64,000 nucleotides of DNA from Mobula hypostoma (Eukaryota): contig NC_086097.1 in NCBI RefSeq assembly GCF_963921235.1, positions 208,446,001 through 208,510,000 on the forward strand. Direction: 5' to 3'. The translations under genes and the position numbers were made by a program. This document shows, one piece after another, positions 25,651 through 37,800 of this stretch (the first letter of the stretch is position 1; every line of letters begins with the position of its first letter). Below the pieces are notes generated by a model. The model did not search any database. It was not told the origin of the DNA and saw only the letters and a program-made list of their open reading frames with translations.

Positions 25651-26181
25651 CATCATGTGTTTGTCCACCATTATGATGGTGTCGAGACTAGCGCGTGATC
25701 TGGATTTAAGTGAGGGAGAGTTGCGCGGTGTCAGCCTCACTCTCTCTTCCCAATTCCCATCTGGATCCAGTGGCCAGACAGAGTCGAGACAGCTGGAGAT
25801 GGGACTAGGCTCAGTGGATGACCAGGACGTCTTCTGTGTCTTGTCCTGCTCTACACGTTCCATGACGCTTTCAGAGACCGCCTTCTTGACCGTTGGACCT
25901 TCCATTGGTCTTGTACGCTCAATCCGCCGGAGTCTGTCTTCACGTGCTGGGATAGACAACTCCCCATCTCACTGAGGGGTTGAGACCCATCGGCTACCCT
26001 CACCTGGTTTAGCCGGCTTGTTGAAGCCGTTGCCCGGGTTGTGGCTGCTGTCGCATGCAAACAGCTACAGGGAGCCACAGGTGAGAGCTGAGTGCCAGGT
26101 GGGGACCAAAGGTGGACTAACTGCCTTAAAAAGGACACGACATGTTCCCCCACCAGAGGTGCTACCCCTCCCTGACACCCC
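25651..26181 (-). mobile_element. Short non-autonomous retroelement, probably RTE-related, with a 5' HDV-like ribozyme
   Basis: GC/CpG-rich ~530-bp island in AT-rich DNA with no RT ORF. The 5' end coincides with ribozyme G1. The 3' end has a small hairpin (CACCAT-CATA-ATGGTG) and a short ATGATG tail. The RTE assignment is inference. Confidence 0.6.
25999..26181 (-). ncRNA. HDV-like self-cleaving ribozyme candidate with an extra hairpin in L3
   Basis: Minus strand: P1 GGGGTGT / ACAACCC (one mismatch); P2 CTCACCTGT / A(C)CAGGTGAG; P3 GGC / GCC; L3 TCCCTGTA plus inserted hairpin GCTGTT-TGCATGC-GACAGC; P1.1 CC / GG; GCAA; P4 CGGCTT-CAAC-AAGCCG; J4/2 GCTAA. Confidence 0.75.
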
Positions 26182-26219
26182 ATATTACTTAATCCAAAAC
26201 CTATATGGTGTTATGCAAC

Positions 26220-28155
26220 TTTATTTTTAAATTCTTTACATTATATTGCAAACTTTCAATGCCATCTTCAATTTGTTAATTTGGTACTTTCTAACATGGC
26301 AAATTATTGATGCAAAGAAATGTTTCTTTTCTAATTTTGGTTTTATTCACCACTTCAGACAACAGCATTAAGGACAATCCTTTGTAGAGGTCCCAGCCCA
26401 CAAAAGTTCAACAGAACAAACCAGCAAATCAGTACAAGTAGAACAGTTAGAAGTCTATTTGTCATAGGCTGGACATTTGAGACTTATGTATCTTATCCAT
26501 ATAAGATTTTGGTTTGAAAATATTTTAAACAATTTTAACAAGAAAACAATTACAATTAACTCAGAAGAGAATAATTAAAAATACATAGCCCAAGAGAGTC
26601 ATAATGGTCCAGTATCAATTGGTGCATTTTAGTCATATTTTTAGTTCATTTTCTGAAATTACTTTATGCACTAAAATAGGGCATATTTATTTTAATCTTG
26701 GCAGGTATTTGTGAATCAGCTGTTAGCAGCATTTCTTCACATTTACATGTTGTACAGAAACTGCAGGTCTTTATTTCACAGCAGAGTACTCAATTAACAG
26801 AAATCTTCACACGTTTTACCCAATGAAGTTAGGTACATTTCTTGTGAATGTATTCCCAAAATGTTTCTATCTGCCACAAACTTTTTTTTGCTACTAGATC
26901 CAATTAAGCATTCCTTTAAATTTGCATGTTCATTCAATTGTAACCATTTATTTCTGAAAATATATTTTAAACTCTACGGTAAATTTGCACCTGGTTGAAG
27001 AGGAACTTCAACTTGTTTCTTTGGGAACTAACATTTTAAGAAAACAATTCCTGTACAAAAGCAAAAGATTTCAGAAATAAATTAAACATTGATAGTAAGA
27101 TGCTTCTGTTAAATTCCACCATGCTACTCTGAGAATTATGAAGCATGCTTGTCACTGAAACCTGTTTGCATTTTAGAATTGTGTATTACACAACCCACAT
27201 ACAGTATTAGACCAAGATGTATCCATATTTTCATGTTTAAAAATGTAGGTAAATTCCACATTATACAAAAAGTAAAGTACACAAGCCAAATCCATCATTA
27301 CAACTTTGCACAAATCTAACTGTAATATACAAATCATATAAAGATATCCCTGCACAGTTTAGAACTTGGAACTGTATATAGAATAAAACTACAATAGAAC
27401 TAATAATTTCTCAATTTAGAATTGTTTTTTATATTGGTATAGCAGATTACATAATTAATATTGCCTAAACAAGCTGCATTTATTCAAATGAGCAAGTAAC
27501 AATTGTTATGTTGCTCTTGGCTTCATGCAGTTTTGACTACACATTAACCTGGAAACAGTTGTTCCATTAGAACACTTCTTCCTCTTGTTTTTATACTGTG
27601 CTATGTGATGTCAAAATGTTTTTTTTAAAGAGAAGAAATGCACTTTAAAACTACTCAATAGTACACTTATATGAAACAAGAACCATTGGTTATCAAATAT
27701 GGCCTTTATTTGATTTATGACAAGATTTACTGCATTAAAATGGCAAGTGTCTATTTTGGGAGATTATAGAAACTTCTATCTTGTAACTCTTCTCCCCCAC
27801 CACCCCAATATGGTCATACACTCACCAATACCAGACTTAGTCAAGAGAGAACAAATCTCAGTCTGAACAAAGCAAAAGTAATGCTCACATTTTAGAGGAG
27901 CATCTGAGCGTGAGCATAGATGAACATCTGAAATGCTGTCTGCGACTACTGCAACGCTCATTATTTATAAACTAGTAGGCAGCACAGTCTCAAGTAATGC
28001 AAAGTTTCTTTGTGAAGATTACAGAATACAAATTCAGAAAAAATGCAAATGTTAAAATGATGGATGACTGGCATCTTATGGAGGCAAGTAAAAGAAAGGA
28101 TTAGGGTCAATCAATCAGATGCTGGTGCAGCTTCTTAAAAAATGCTTCTGATCTC
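26220..28155 (-). other. LYPLA1: Probable LYPLA1 3' UTR (end uncertain)
   Basis: AT-rich stretch after the stop with no recognisable repeats. Minus-strand AATAAA candidates lie near 27705, 27480, 26950, 26770 and 26687, and at 26342-26347 and 26220-26225. Confidence 0.5.
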
Positions 28156-28212
28156 TTATTCGTTGATTGGAGGTAGCTGCTTTTCAATGAACTCTTTGAT
28201 ATCTAACATTTC
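28156..28212 (-). CDS. LYPLA1: LYPLA1 last coding exon (EMLDIKEFIEKQLPPINE*)
   Basis: aattag|GAAATG...GAATAA; matches the APT1 C-terminus EM.D.K.FI.K.LPPI. Confidence 0.95.
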   Translation of the reverse strand, partial: EMLDIKEFIEKQLPPINE

Positions 28213-29491
28213 CTAATTTTAAAAGAAAAAAAACTGTTAGAATTGTTTCAATGTAACAGCCAAAAACTGGCTCTAATATAATGTGACAATCAGAACATCG
28301 ACACCTGTCCGCCACAGGATCATGAATAACACTAAATAGAATGCAGTTCAAGGGATTAAATCAAGTAGAGTCTAGCCCCTAGTACAAAAAAGTTACTTAT
28401 TAACCATGAGGACCCCAACTCCAATTATAATCACCAAATGCTGAGCTCCAGTGTACCATTTTAAGCCCAAATATCTTTGTACTCCACTCTGAAACTAATC
28501 TCATGCCTGTGTTGGCTTCCTGACCTTTGTCATTTCTAACTCTAATCTAATTTAAAAAGTAGATTCCTCTCACACCTTCTAATCCCAAGTAATATATGAT
28601 AAGAAACAAATGCTTGTATGCTTCATCACATGGCATATTTCACAGCTACAAAACGTAAATGCTTAACAAAAACTTAAGAGTTCTTTCTTGAAATCCCTAT
28701 TGCCATGAAGATTGATCATGGAACTCTCCAACTACTTATTAATGGTATTTGAGTATCAAAAAATATATGCCACCTCTAAAAGAGATATTTTCATCTCCGA
28801 TCTTTTCCTAAATCATTGCATTTACGAGTTTACTGCCTTACCTGGCAGTTAACCAACTTCTAGACTGCTAATATCCTTGAAGTTTTAGTAGCAGAGAACG
28901 AGTCAAACAGCTTGTGCACTGCATTTTGTAAACGATTAGGTTCTTATTTCACTAGAGTCCACTGTGGGAAGAATAGTTTGATAGGGTATATTGGTATAAG
29001 ACAAAAGATAATCATGATCAAGGGATATTTGGAGGCATGTATTTTCTAATGCAGCCCACGAAATAAAGTGGGGTTTTGTTTTTTAAAATTCAGGCATGTA
29101 GGATTATCTGGTACTTCTTTCATCAGCCTGACTTAGAATAGATACCCAAATACAGATAAAAAAATCCAATAAAAATATTTTGGTCTATAAATCTGTATGA
29201 TATAAAATAATCTATTTAATCACTGAGCCAATGGAGAAGGAACATTCAGGTGAAAATGGGGTCAAAAGGGGAAGGCAGAATAATCATAAATATCACAAAA
29301 TTGTTAAAAGGTCTTTAGTTTCAAAGTAAAACTATTTTGAAAAGAACAATTCTGCTATTTTAAAAGGGTTATCAGGTAATATTTAATTTCTTTCAGTCTT
29401 ACATTAAAACATCTAGATAAAGTGGCTATTATGTCATTCATTCAATACAACCATAATTTTTGACAATGTTTTTTGAATATATTCAACTTCA

Positions 29492-29809
<318 letters not shown>

Positions 29810-30456
29810 TCATTGATGATACGTTCACAGCATCATGAGATGTATTCTTAAAAAAAAATACATAAATGAAAATCCTAGAAAATAAATATGCTACGATCAT
29901 GTTTCCATTTAAATTTGTACATTCTTTGTCAAATAGTCAATTTTCAGCAGATATAGACTGAAATGATTAAGATTACTATTTAACCTTTCCATTACATATG
30001 GCAAACATAGCTCAAAAACACTTTTATATACAAAGTTTGCAAATGTACAATCAAAATAATCCATTAGTAACAGTATTTTTCTTCAAATGCATTACAAATT
30101 TTGTCATTGTGCAAATTATTTACGCCCACAATTTAACTGCATAAATCTTGCTATACGGCTGAGATAATCATGGCTAGATAAACCATGGCACAAGTTTAGT
30201 CAAATAACTGGGTTTGGGCAGAGAACTGCTGGCAATAAGCCTCATTTAATAAAAATTCTTTCCTAAGCTTTTGCCTATTAAGCAATATATTGTAAGACAG
30301 AAGATTGCATTATAACTGAAAACATAAATATATTGCAAGTTTGTAGTTGAAACAGAAAACGAACACTCTTCAACTTTAAACATATTCACAATATAATTAG
30401 GAATGGGCACTGAATTGATACTTGCAGGATCCATGTGTCTATTTTCTGTCCATTGG

Positions 30457-30662
30457 AACCATGTATATGGAAACAGAAAATCTACAGCACAATACAGGCC
30501 CTTCGGCCCACAAAGTTGTGCCGAACATGTCCCTACCTTAGAAATTACTAGGCTTACCCATAGCCCTTTATTTTTCTAAGCTCCATGTACCCATCCAAAA
30601 GTCCCTCTTAAAAGACCCTATCGTATCCGCCTCCGCCACCGTTGCCAGCAGCCTGTTCCACA
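30457..30662 (-). mobile_element. CR1 3' end fragment
   Basis: Similar to 6190-6390. Confidence 0.8.
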
Positions 30663-31594
30663 CAATTTTATTCTATTCTACTTTGTGGCATGTTTACTAT
30701 GGTACTCTGTCACATGGGTTGGGGCGTGGTAGGAGCAAATGAGTATAGTTATGTATTTGTGTTTTGTGTTAGCTATTCATTAGCCAGAGAGAGTGAGCCA
30801 CAGTCAATGATAGTTTTTTTGTTGATCGCTTAAATCTGCTTCGTAATTGGAATGCTAATTTAGTTTGACTGCTAATTGCGCTTAGTTTTGCCAAGTTATA
30901 TTGCTTAGTTATGTTGATTTGTGTTTAGTAGAGACTTCCGGTAGAGCTCATGGAGTGAAGTCGTGTTCTTGACTCGCTCCATTACCTGAGTTTCTTTTCT
31001 TATGATCAGCTATATTTTAACTAACCATTAAGACATCGACTTTTACAATACTTTGAAACAAATTGGGCTCTTCGATAATCGGATGTTTTTAAGGTCTGCT
31101 ATGTCTAAGAATGGAAAAAATGGGAAAGACGGCAAACCTCCGGTTAGACCGAAAGGTACCGATCTTCCTCCGACTGATCCACTGGTGACTTTGAAAGCTA
31201 TATCAGGTCTAATTCAAAGGGAAATTTCAACCTCTATTACGGAACTGATTCGTTTGGAAATTTCAATTAATTTCCAGAAAATTGCCGATTCAATCGATAA
31301 AATACAATTATCTATTACAGAACATCAGTCAGCTATATCTAATCTTCAAAAATCCACGCAACAAAATGAACTCAAGATGGGGAAAATTGAAGAAACAATT
31401 ACTATAATGAAGAAAAAGCTTGACTTTCTGACCTTTAAAAACTCTGACTTAGAATCCAGAATGCAACGGCAGAATCTTCGAATGATTGGTGTGCGTGAAG
31501 CTGTGGAATCTGACAACCCTGTGAAGTTTTTTTCTCAACTTTTAAAAGATGCATTTCCTACTGTATTTCCTGACCAACCACCGTTATTGGATGC

Positions 31595-31630
31595 AGTCGA
31601 CGTTTCAGGCCGAGACCCTTCGTCAGGACT
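31595..31630 (-). ncRNA. Minimal type I hammerhead ribozyme, intact core, sense to LYPLA1 pre-mRNA
   Basis: Minus strand: AGTC CTGACGA AGGGTCTCGGCCT GAAACGTC GACT. Confidence 0.8.
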
Positions 31631-34600
31631 AACTGAAGGAAGAGTGAGTAAGGGATTTGAAAGTTGGAGGGGGAGGGGGAGATCCAAAATGATAGGAGAA
31701 GACAGGAGGGGGAGGGATGGAGTCAAGAGCTGGACAGGTGATAGGCAAAAGGGGATACGAGAGGATCATGGGACAGGAGGTCCGGGAAGATAGATGGGGG
31801 GGGGGGGACCCAGAGGATGGGCAAGAGGTATATTCAGAGGGACAGAGGGAGAAAAAGGAGAGTGAGAGAAAGAATGTGTGCATAAAAATAAGTAACAGAT
31901 GGGGTACGAGGGGAAGGTGGGGCCAAGCGGAAGCTAGAGAAGTCGATGTTCATGCCATTAGGTTGGAGGCTACCCAGACGGAATATAAGGTGTTGTTCCT
32001 CCAACCTAAGTGTGGCTTCATCTTTACAGTAGAGGAGGCCGTGGATACACATGTCAGAATGGGAATGGGATGTGGAATTAAAATGTGTGGCCACTGGGAG
32101 ATCCTGCTTTCTCTGGTGGACAGAGCGTAGATGTTCAGCAAAGCGGTCTCCCAGTCTGCGTCAGGTCTCGCCAATATATAAAAGGCCACATCGGGAGCAC
32201 CGGATGCAGTATATCACCCCAGTCGACTCACAGGTGAAGTGTTGCCTCACCTGGAAGGACTGTTTGGGGCCCTGAATAGTGGTAAAGGAGGAAGTGTAGG
32301 GGCATGTGTAGCACTTGTTCCGCTTACATGGATAAGTGCCAGGAGGGAGATCAGTGGGGAGGGATGGGGGGGGATGAATGGACAAGGGAGTTGTGTAGGG
32401 AGCGATCCCTGCGGAATGCGGGGGGGGGAGGGAAAGATGTGCTTAGTGGTGGGATCCCGTTGGAGGTGGCGGAAGTTACGGAGAATAATATGTTGGACCC
32501 GGAGGCTGGTGGGGTGGTAGGTGAGGACCAGGGGAACCCTATTCCTAGTGGGGTGGCGGGAAGATGGAGTGAAAGCAGATGTACGTGAAATGGGGGAGAT
32601 GCGTTTAAGAGCAGAGTTGATAGTGGAGGAAGGGAAGCCCCTTTCTTTAAAAAAGGAAGACATCTCCCTCGTCCTAGAATGAAAAGCCTCATCCTGAAAG
32701 CAGATGCGGCGGAGACGGAGGAATTGCGAGAAGGGGATGGCGTTTTTGCAAGAGACAGGGTGAGAAGAGGAATAGTCCAGATAACTGTGAGAGTCAGTAG
32801 GCTTATAGTAGACATCAGTGGATAAGCTGTCTCCAGAGACAGAGACAGAAAGATCTAGAAAGGGGAGGGAGGTGTCGAAAATGGACCAGGTAAACTTGAG
32901 GGCAGGGTGAAAGTTGGAGGCAAAGTTAATAAAGTCAACGAGTTCTGCATGCGTGCAGGAAGCAGCGCCAATGCAGCGAAGGAAAAGTGGGGGACAGATA
33001 CCAGAATAGGCACGGAACATAGATTGTTCCACAAACCCAACAAAAAGGCAGGCATAGCTAGGACCCATACGGGTGCCCATAGCTACACCTTTAGTTTGGA
33101 GGAAGTGGGAGGTGCCAAAGGAGAAATTATTAAGAGTAAGGACTAATTCCGCTAGACGGAGCAGAGTGGTGGTAGAGGGGAACTGATTAGGTCTGGAATC
33201 CAAAAAGAAGCGTAGAGCTTTGAGACCTTCCTGATGGGGGATGGAAGTATATAAGGACTGGACATCCATGGTGAAAATAAAGCGGTGGGGGCCAGGGAAC
33301 TTAAAATCATCGAAAAGTTTCAGAGCGTGAGAAGTGTCACGAACATAGGTCGGAAGGGATTGAAGAAGGGGTGATAAAACAGTGTCGAGGTATGCAGAAA
33401 CGAGTTCGGTGGGGCAGGAGCAAGCTGAGACAATAGGTCGGCCAGGACAGGCAGGTTTGTGGATCTTGGGTAGGAGGTAGAAACGGGAAGTGCGGGGTGT
33501 GGGAACTATAAGGTTGGTAGCAGTGGATGGGAGATCCCCTCAAGTTTATCTGGTCCATTTCCGACACATCCCTCCCCTTTCTAGATCTTTCTGTCTCTGT
33601 CTCTGGAGACAGCTTATCCACTGATGTCTACTATAAGCCTACTGACTCTCACAGCTATCTGGACTATTCCTCTTCTCACCCTGTCTCTTGCAAAAACGCC
33701 ATCCCCTTCTCGCAATTCCTCCGTCTCCACCGCATCTGCTCTCAGGATGAGGCTTTTCATTCTAGGACGAGGGAGATGTCTTCCTTTTTTAAAGAAAGGG
33801 GCTTCCCTTCCTCCACTATCAACTCTGCTCTTAAACGCATCTCCCCCATTTCACATACATCTGCTCTCACTCCATCCTCCCGCCACCCCACTAGGAATAG
33901 GGTTCCCCTGGTCCTCACCTACCACCCCACCAGCCTCCGGGTCCAACATATTATTCTCCGTAACTTCCGCCACCTCCAACGGGATCCCACCACTAAGCAC
34001 ATCTTTCCCTCCCCCCCCCCTGCATTCTGCAGGGATTGCTCCCTACGCAACTTCCTTGTCCATTCGTCCCCCCCCATCCCTCCCCACTGAGCTCCCTCCT
34101 GGCACTTATCCGTGTAAGCAGAACAAGTGCTACACATGCCCTTACACTTCCTCCCTTACCACCATTCAGGGCCCCAAACAGTCCTTCCAGGTGAGGCAAC
34201 ACTTAGCCTGTGAGTCGACTGGGGTGATATACTGCGTTCGGTGCTCCCGATGTGGCCTTTTATATATTGGCGAGACCTGACGCAGACTGGGAGACCGCTT
34301 TGCTGAACATCTACGCTCTGTCTGCCAGAGAAAGCAGGATCTCCCAGTGGCCACACATTTTAATTCCACATCCCATTCCCATTCTGACATGTCTATCCAC
34401 GGCCTCCTCTACTGTAAAGATGAAGCCACACTCAGGTTGGAGGAACAACACCTTATATTCCGTCTGGGTAGCCTCCAACCTGATGGCATGAACATCGACT
34501 TCTCTAACTTCCGCTTGGCCCCACCTTCCCCTCGTACCCCATCTGTTACTTATTTTTAATGCACACATTCTTTCTCTCACTCTCCTTTTTCTCCCTCTGT

Positions 34601-34817
34601 CCCTCTGAATATACCTCTTGCCCATCCTCTGGGTCCCCCCCCCCCCGTCTATCTTCCCGGACCTCCTGTCCCATGATCCTCTCGTATCCCCTTTTGCCTA
34701 TCACCTGTCCAGCTCTTGGCTCTATCCCTCCCCCTCCTGTCTTCTCCTATCATTTTGGATCTCCCCCTCCCCCTCCCCCTCCAACTTTCAAATCCCTTAC
34801 TCACTCTTCCTTCAGTT

Positions 34818-34853
34818 AGTCCCGACGAAGGGTCTCGGCCTGAAACGTTGACT
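34818..34853 (+). ncRNA. Minimal hammerhead with a core mutation (CCGACGA) and a GTT triplet
   Basis: AGTC CCGACGA AGGGTCTCGGCCT GAAACGTT GACT. Confidence 0.6.
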
Positions 34854-37800
34854 GCACCTCTTCCTACAGATGCTGCTTGGCCTGCTGCGTTCACCAGCAA
34901 CTTTGATGTGTGTTGCTTGAATTTCCAGCATCCGCAGAATTCCTGTTGTCACCGTTATTGGATTGTGTTCACAGAGTTCCATCATACTCGTCTAAGTCAG
35001 ATAAACCTCGACATGTCATCTTACGTTTTCATTACTTTCAAGACAAGGAGAAACGGTTTCGATTTGTTCGATCTAAAGGTTACATTGATTTTTCGGATCT
35101 TAATTTCCGATTCGTGGAAGATTTCAGTAAACCAATTCGGGATCAACGGGTTCGTTACAGATCTGTGATGTCGGAAATCTACAAGATGGATTTAAAACCA
35201 GCGCTGCTTTACCCAGCACGTCTAAGGATTCGTACGTTGGATGAAGCCCTCCGTTTTTTTTGAATCTCCATTGGATGCCCAGAGTTATCTGGATCAATTT
35301 TCACCTTCAACATCTTAATCATAATTTTTAACTATCTCCGTTTGATCGGAGGTTGTGAATCTGTTGGCCTTAATTTTTTTTTGCCTTATATGGGCAGAAA
35401 AGTTTATTTTTGATTAATTAATATGGTTGCTAAACTTTCTTTCTATCTGCGTCATTCCTTTCTTTTTCCCAGGGGATTTTGGGTGGTTATTTCCTCAGCG
35501 TCATTCTACGTATTTCCTTTGAGGCCTTAAATTTTGTAGTTTTGAAGTCTACTTTTTTTGTAGGTTTTTATAACTAGTTTATGTTAATAATTTCATTTCT
35601 CTTTTTTGTTTATTCATAGGGTCTGGGGTTTGTTGCGGTTTTTTTATATTTTCTGGCTTTCTCTCTGTTATATTAAGTGTTTGTTTTAATTGATTTACTT
35701 TTTTTATTCTTTTACTGTTTTATAATTTGCTGATCTTTTTTATATTTACACTTTTTTTTAGTGAGCGTCTATCGGAAGTCATGGGGGTAGTTTTAGTGCT
35801 TGCTTCTTTCCGGCTGGTCTGTTTTAGATTTAGCCTTGGGTTCATGGGGTGGGGGGGGGTGGTGGGAGGGGCTTCACGTTTTAGTTTTTTTCTTCTTGGG
35901 CTATTTACACTATTGAAGTATTGGTTGCGTTCTCCTTCCCGGTATCTCTTGCTTGTTCTGTTCCCTTTCCGGGTTCGTGGGTCGAGCCTATCGTCAATCC
36001 TCCTTTTTGCGGGTTGACTTTAGGGTTTATGGAGTCTATTATTAATTTTGTCTCCTGGAATACTAATGGTCTTAACCATCCTATTAAAAGGAAAAAAGTT
36101 TTTAAAGTGTTCCGGAGACTTAAAGCACAAATTCTATTTTTACAAGAGACCCATGTGCGGAGGGGGGACAGACTATGTTTTTTTAAATTCTGGAAGGAAC
36201 AACAGTTTCATTCGAACTCTAACGCTAAGATTCGAGGCGTCTCTATTTTTATAGACTCCTCAGTTACTTTTATACAACATGATATTATCTCTGATCCGAA
36301 TGGTAGATTTCTACTGGTTAGTGGTTTACTATTTAATAAAAAGGTAGTTTTGGTTAATGTTTATGCTCCCAATATGGACTGTCCGGAATTTTATAACTCA
36401 TTATTCAATGAGTTCCCGAATTTGAATGAATTTTCATTGATCTGGGGCGGAGATCTTAATACCTGTTTATCTCCAGCTTTGGACCGTTCGGCTCCTTTAC
36501 GGACCTTACCTAATAAATCTGCAACTTTGATTAATTCATTCCTCTCTGATTCTGGGTCAACAGACATTTGGCGTTTTTTGCATCCTCAGGAAAAAGATTT
36601 TTCTTTTTTTTCCCACATGTTCACCATTCTTATTCAAGAATTGATTATTTCTTTATTGACTCTCGTCTCATTTCTTCAGTGATTAAATGTGATTATGACT
36701 CTATAACCATTTCGGATCATGCTCCACTTAAGCTTTCTATTAAAGTTCAGACAACTAAAGACTAAACTAAAGACAATGGCATTTTAATTCGCTGTTGCTT
36801 CAGGACTCGGATTTTGTTAACTTTATGAATGAACAGATTGATTTTTTTTTAACAATCAACTATACAGAGGATATTTCTGTGAACATTCTTTGGGATACTT
36901 TTAACGCTTATATTCGTGGTCAGATTATCTCGTATTCTGCTGCTTTGAGGAAGAAGCTGAAGCAGGAGGAGTTGGCAATTGTGGACAAGATTAAGGAAAT
37001 TGATAAGAAATATGTTATAGCTCCCTCTGAGGAGTTATATAAACAAAGAACTGAACTTCAAATGGAACACAGTTTATTACTTTCGTCCTCAATTGTAAAC
37101 CAATTAAAGAAAACAAGAAGTGAATTTTATGTACACAGTGATAAAATTGGCAAACTGTTGGCTAACCAATTGAAATCTAATTATACTAAGTCTCAAATTA
37201 ATCAGATTTATAATCAAAATGATCGACTGATACTTGATCATGCGGGGATTAATCAAACCTTTTTTGATTTTTATTCTTCCTTATAATAATGAGTCCTCTC
37301 GAGACTCTAAATATATGAATGATTTTTTAGATAACCTAGAATTCCCTGAGATTTCACGGGATATGTCTTCTATGCTAGATACTCCCATTACCACTGATGA
37401 GATTAAGAATGTTATTTCCTCTATGAACCTGGGGAAAGCTCCTGGCCCTGATGGGTTTACCGCAGAATTTTATAAATGTTTTGCATCTTCATTAATCCCA
37501 TGGTTCTGTAGGGTTTTCGAGGCTTCATTAAAACTGGGTAAACTTCCCGAATCTTTCAATAGAGCGTCAATCTCTCTAATATTAAAGAAGGATAAAGATC
37601 CTGCTCAATGTGCATCTTATAGACCAATATCTTTATTAAATGTTGATTCTAAAATTTTTTCTAAACTATTAGCAAACAGATTAGAAAAAGTACTTCCTTT
37701 TATTATTTCGGAAGACCAAACGGGTTTTATTAAAGGTCGTTACTCTTTCTATAACATACGTACACTGTTAAATATTGTTTATACCCCCTCACAAAATGTT

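Larger units (their letters stand above)
31593..34949. mobile_element. Head-to-head Penelope-like double insertion in L1 ORF1 (minus arm 31593-33540, plus arm 33537-34949)
   Basis: 14-bp TSD caccgttattggat at 31579-31592 and 34950-34963; junction microhomology ccct at 33537-33540. Confidence 0.95.

Noticed and set aside
25543..26230. Overlapping ORFs of 70-141 aa in the GC-rich element
   Set aside because: No recognisable domains; expected by chance in GC-rich sequence, and the region is better explained by RNA structure.
31053..31793. 246-aa ORF as a novel gene
   Set aside because: It is L1 ORF1 running into the antisense Penelope arm at 31593.
33527..34090. 187-aa ORF starting MGDP
   Set aside because: The ATG comes from the opposite arm across the inversion junction.
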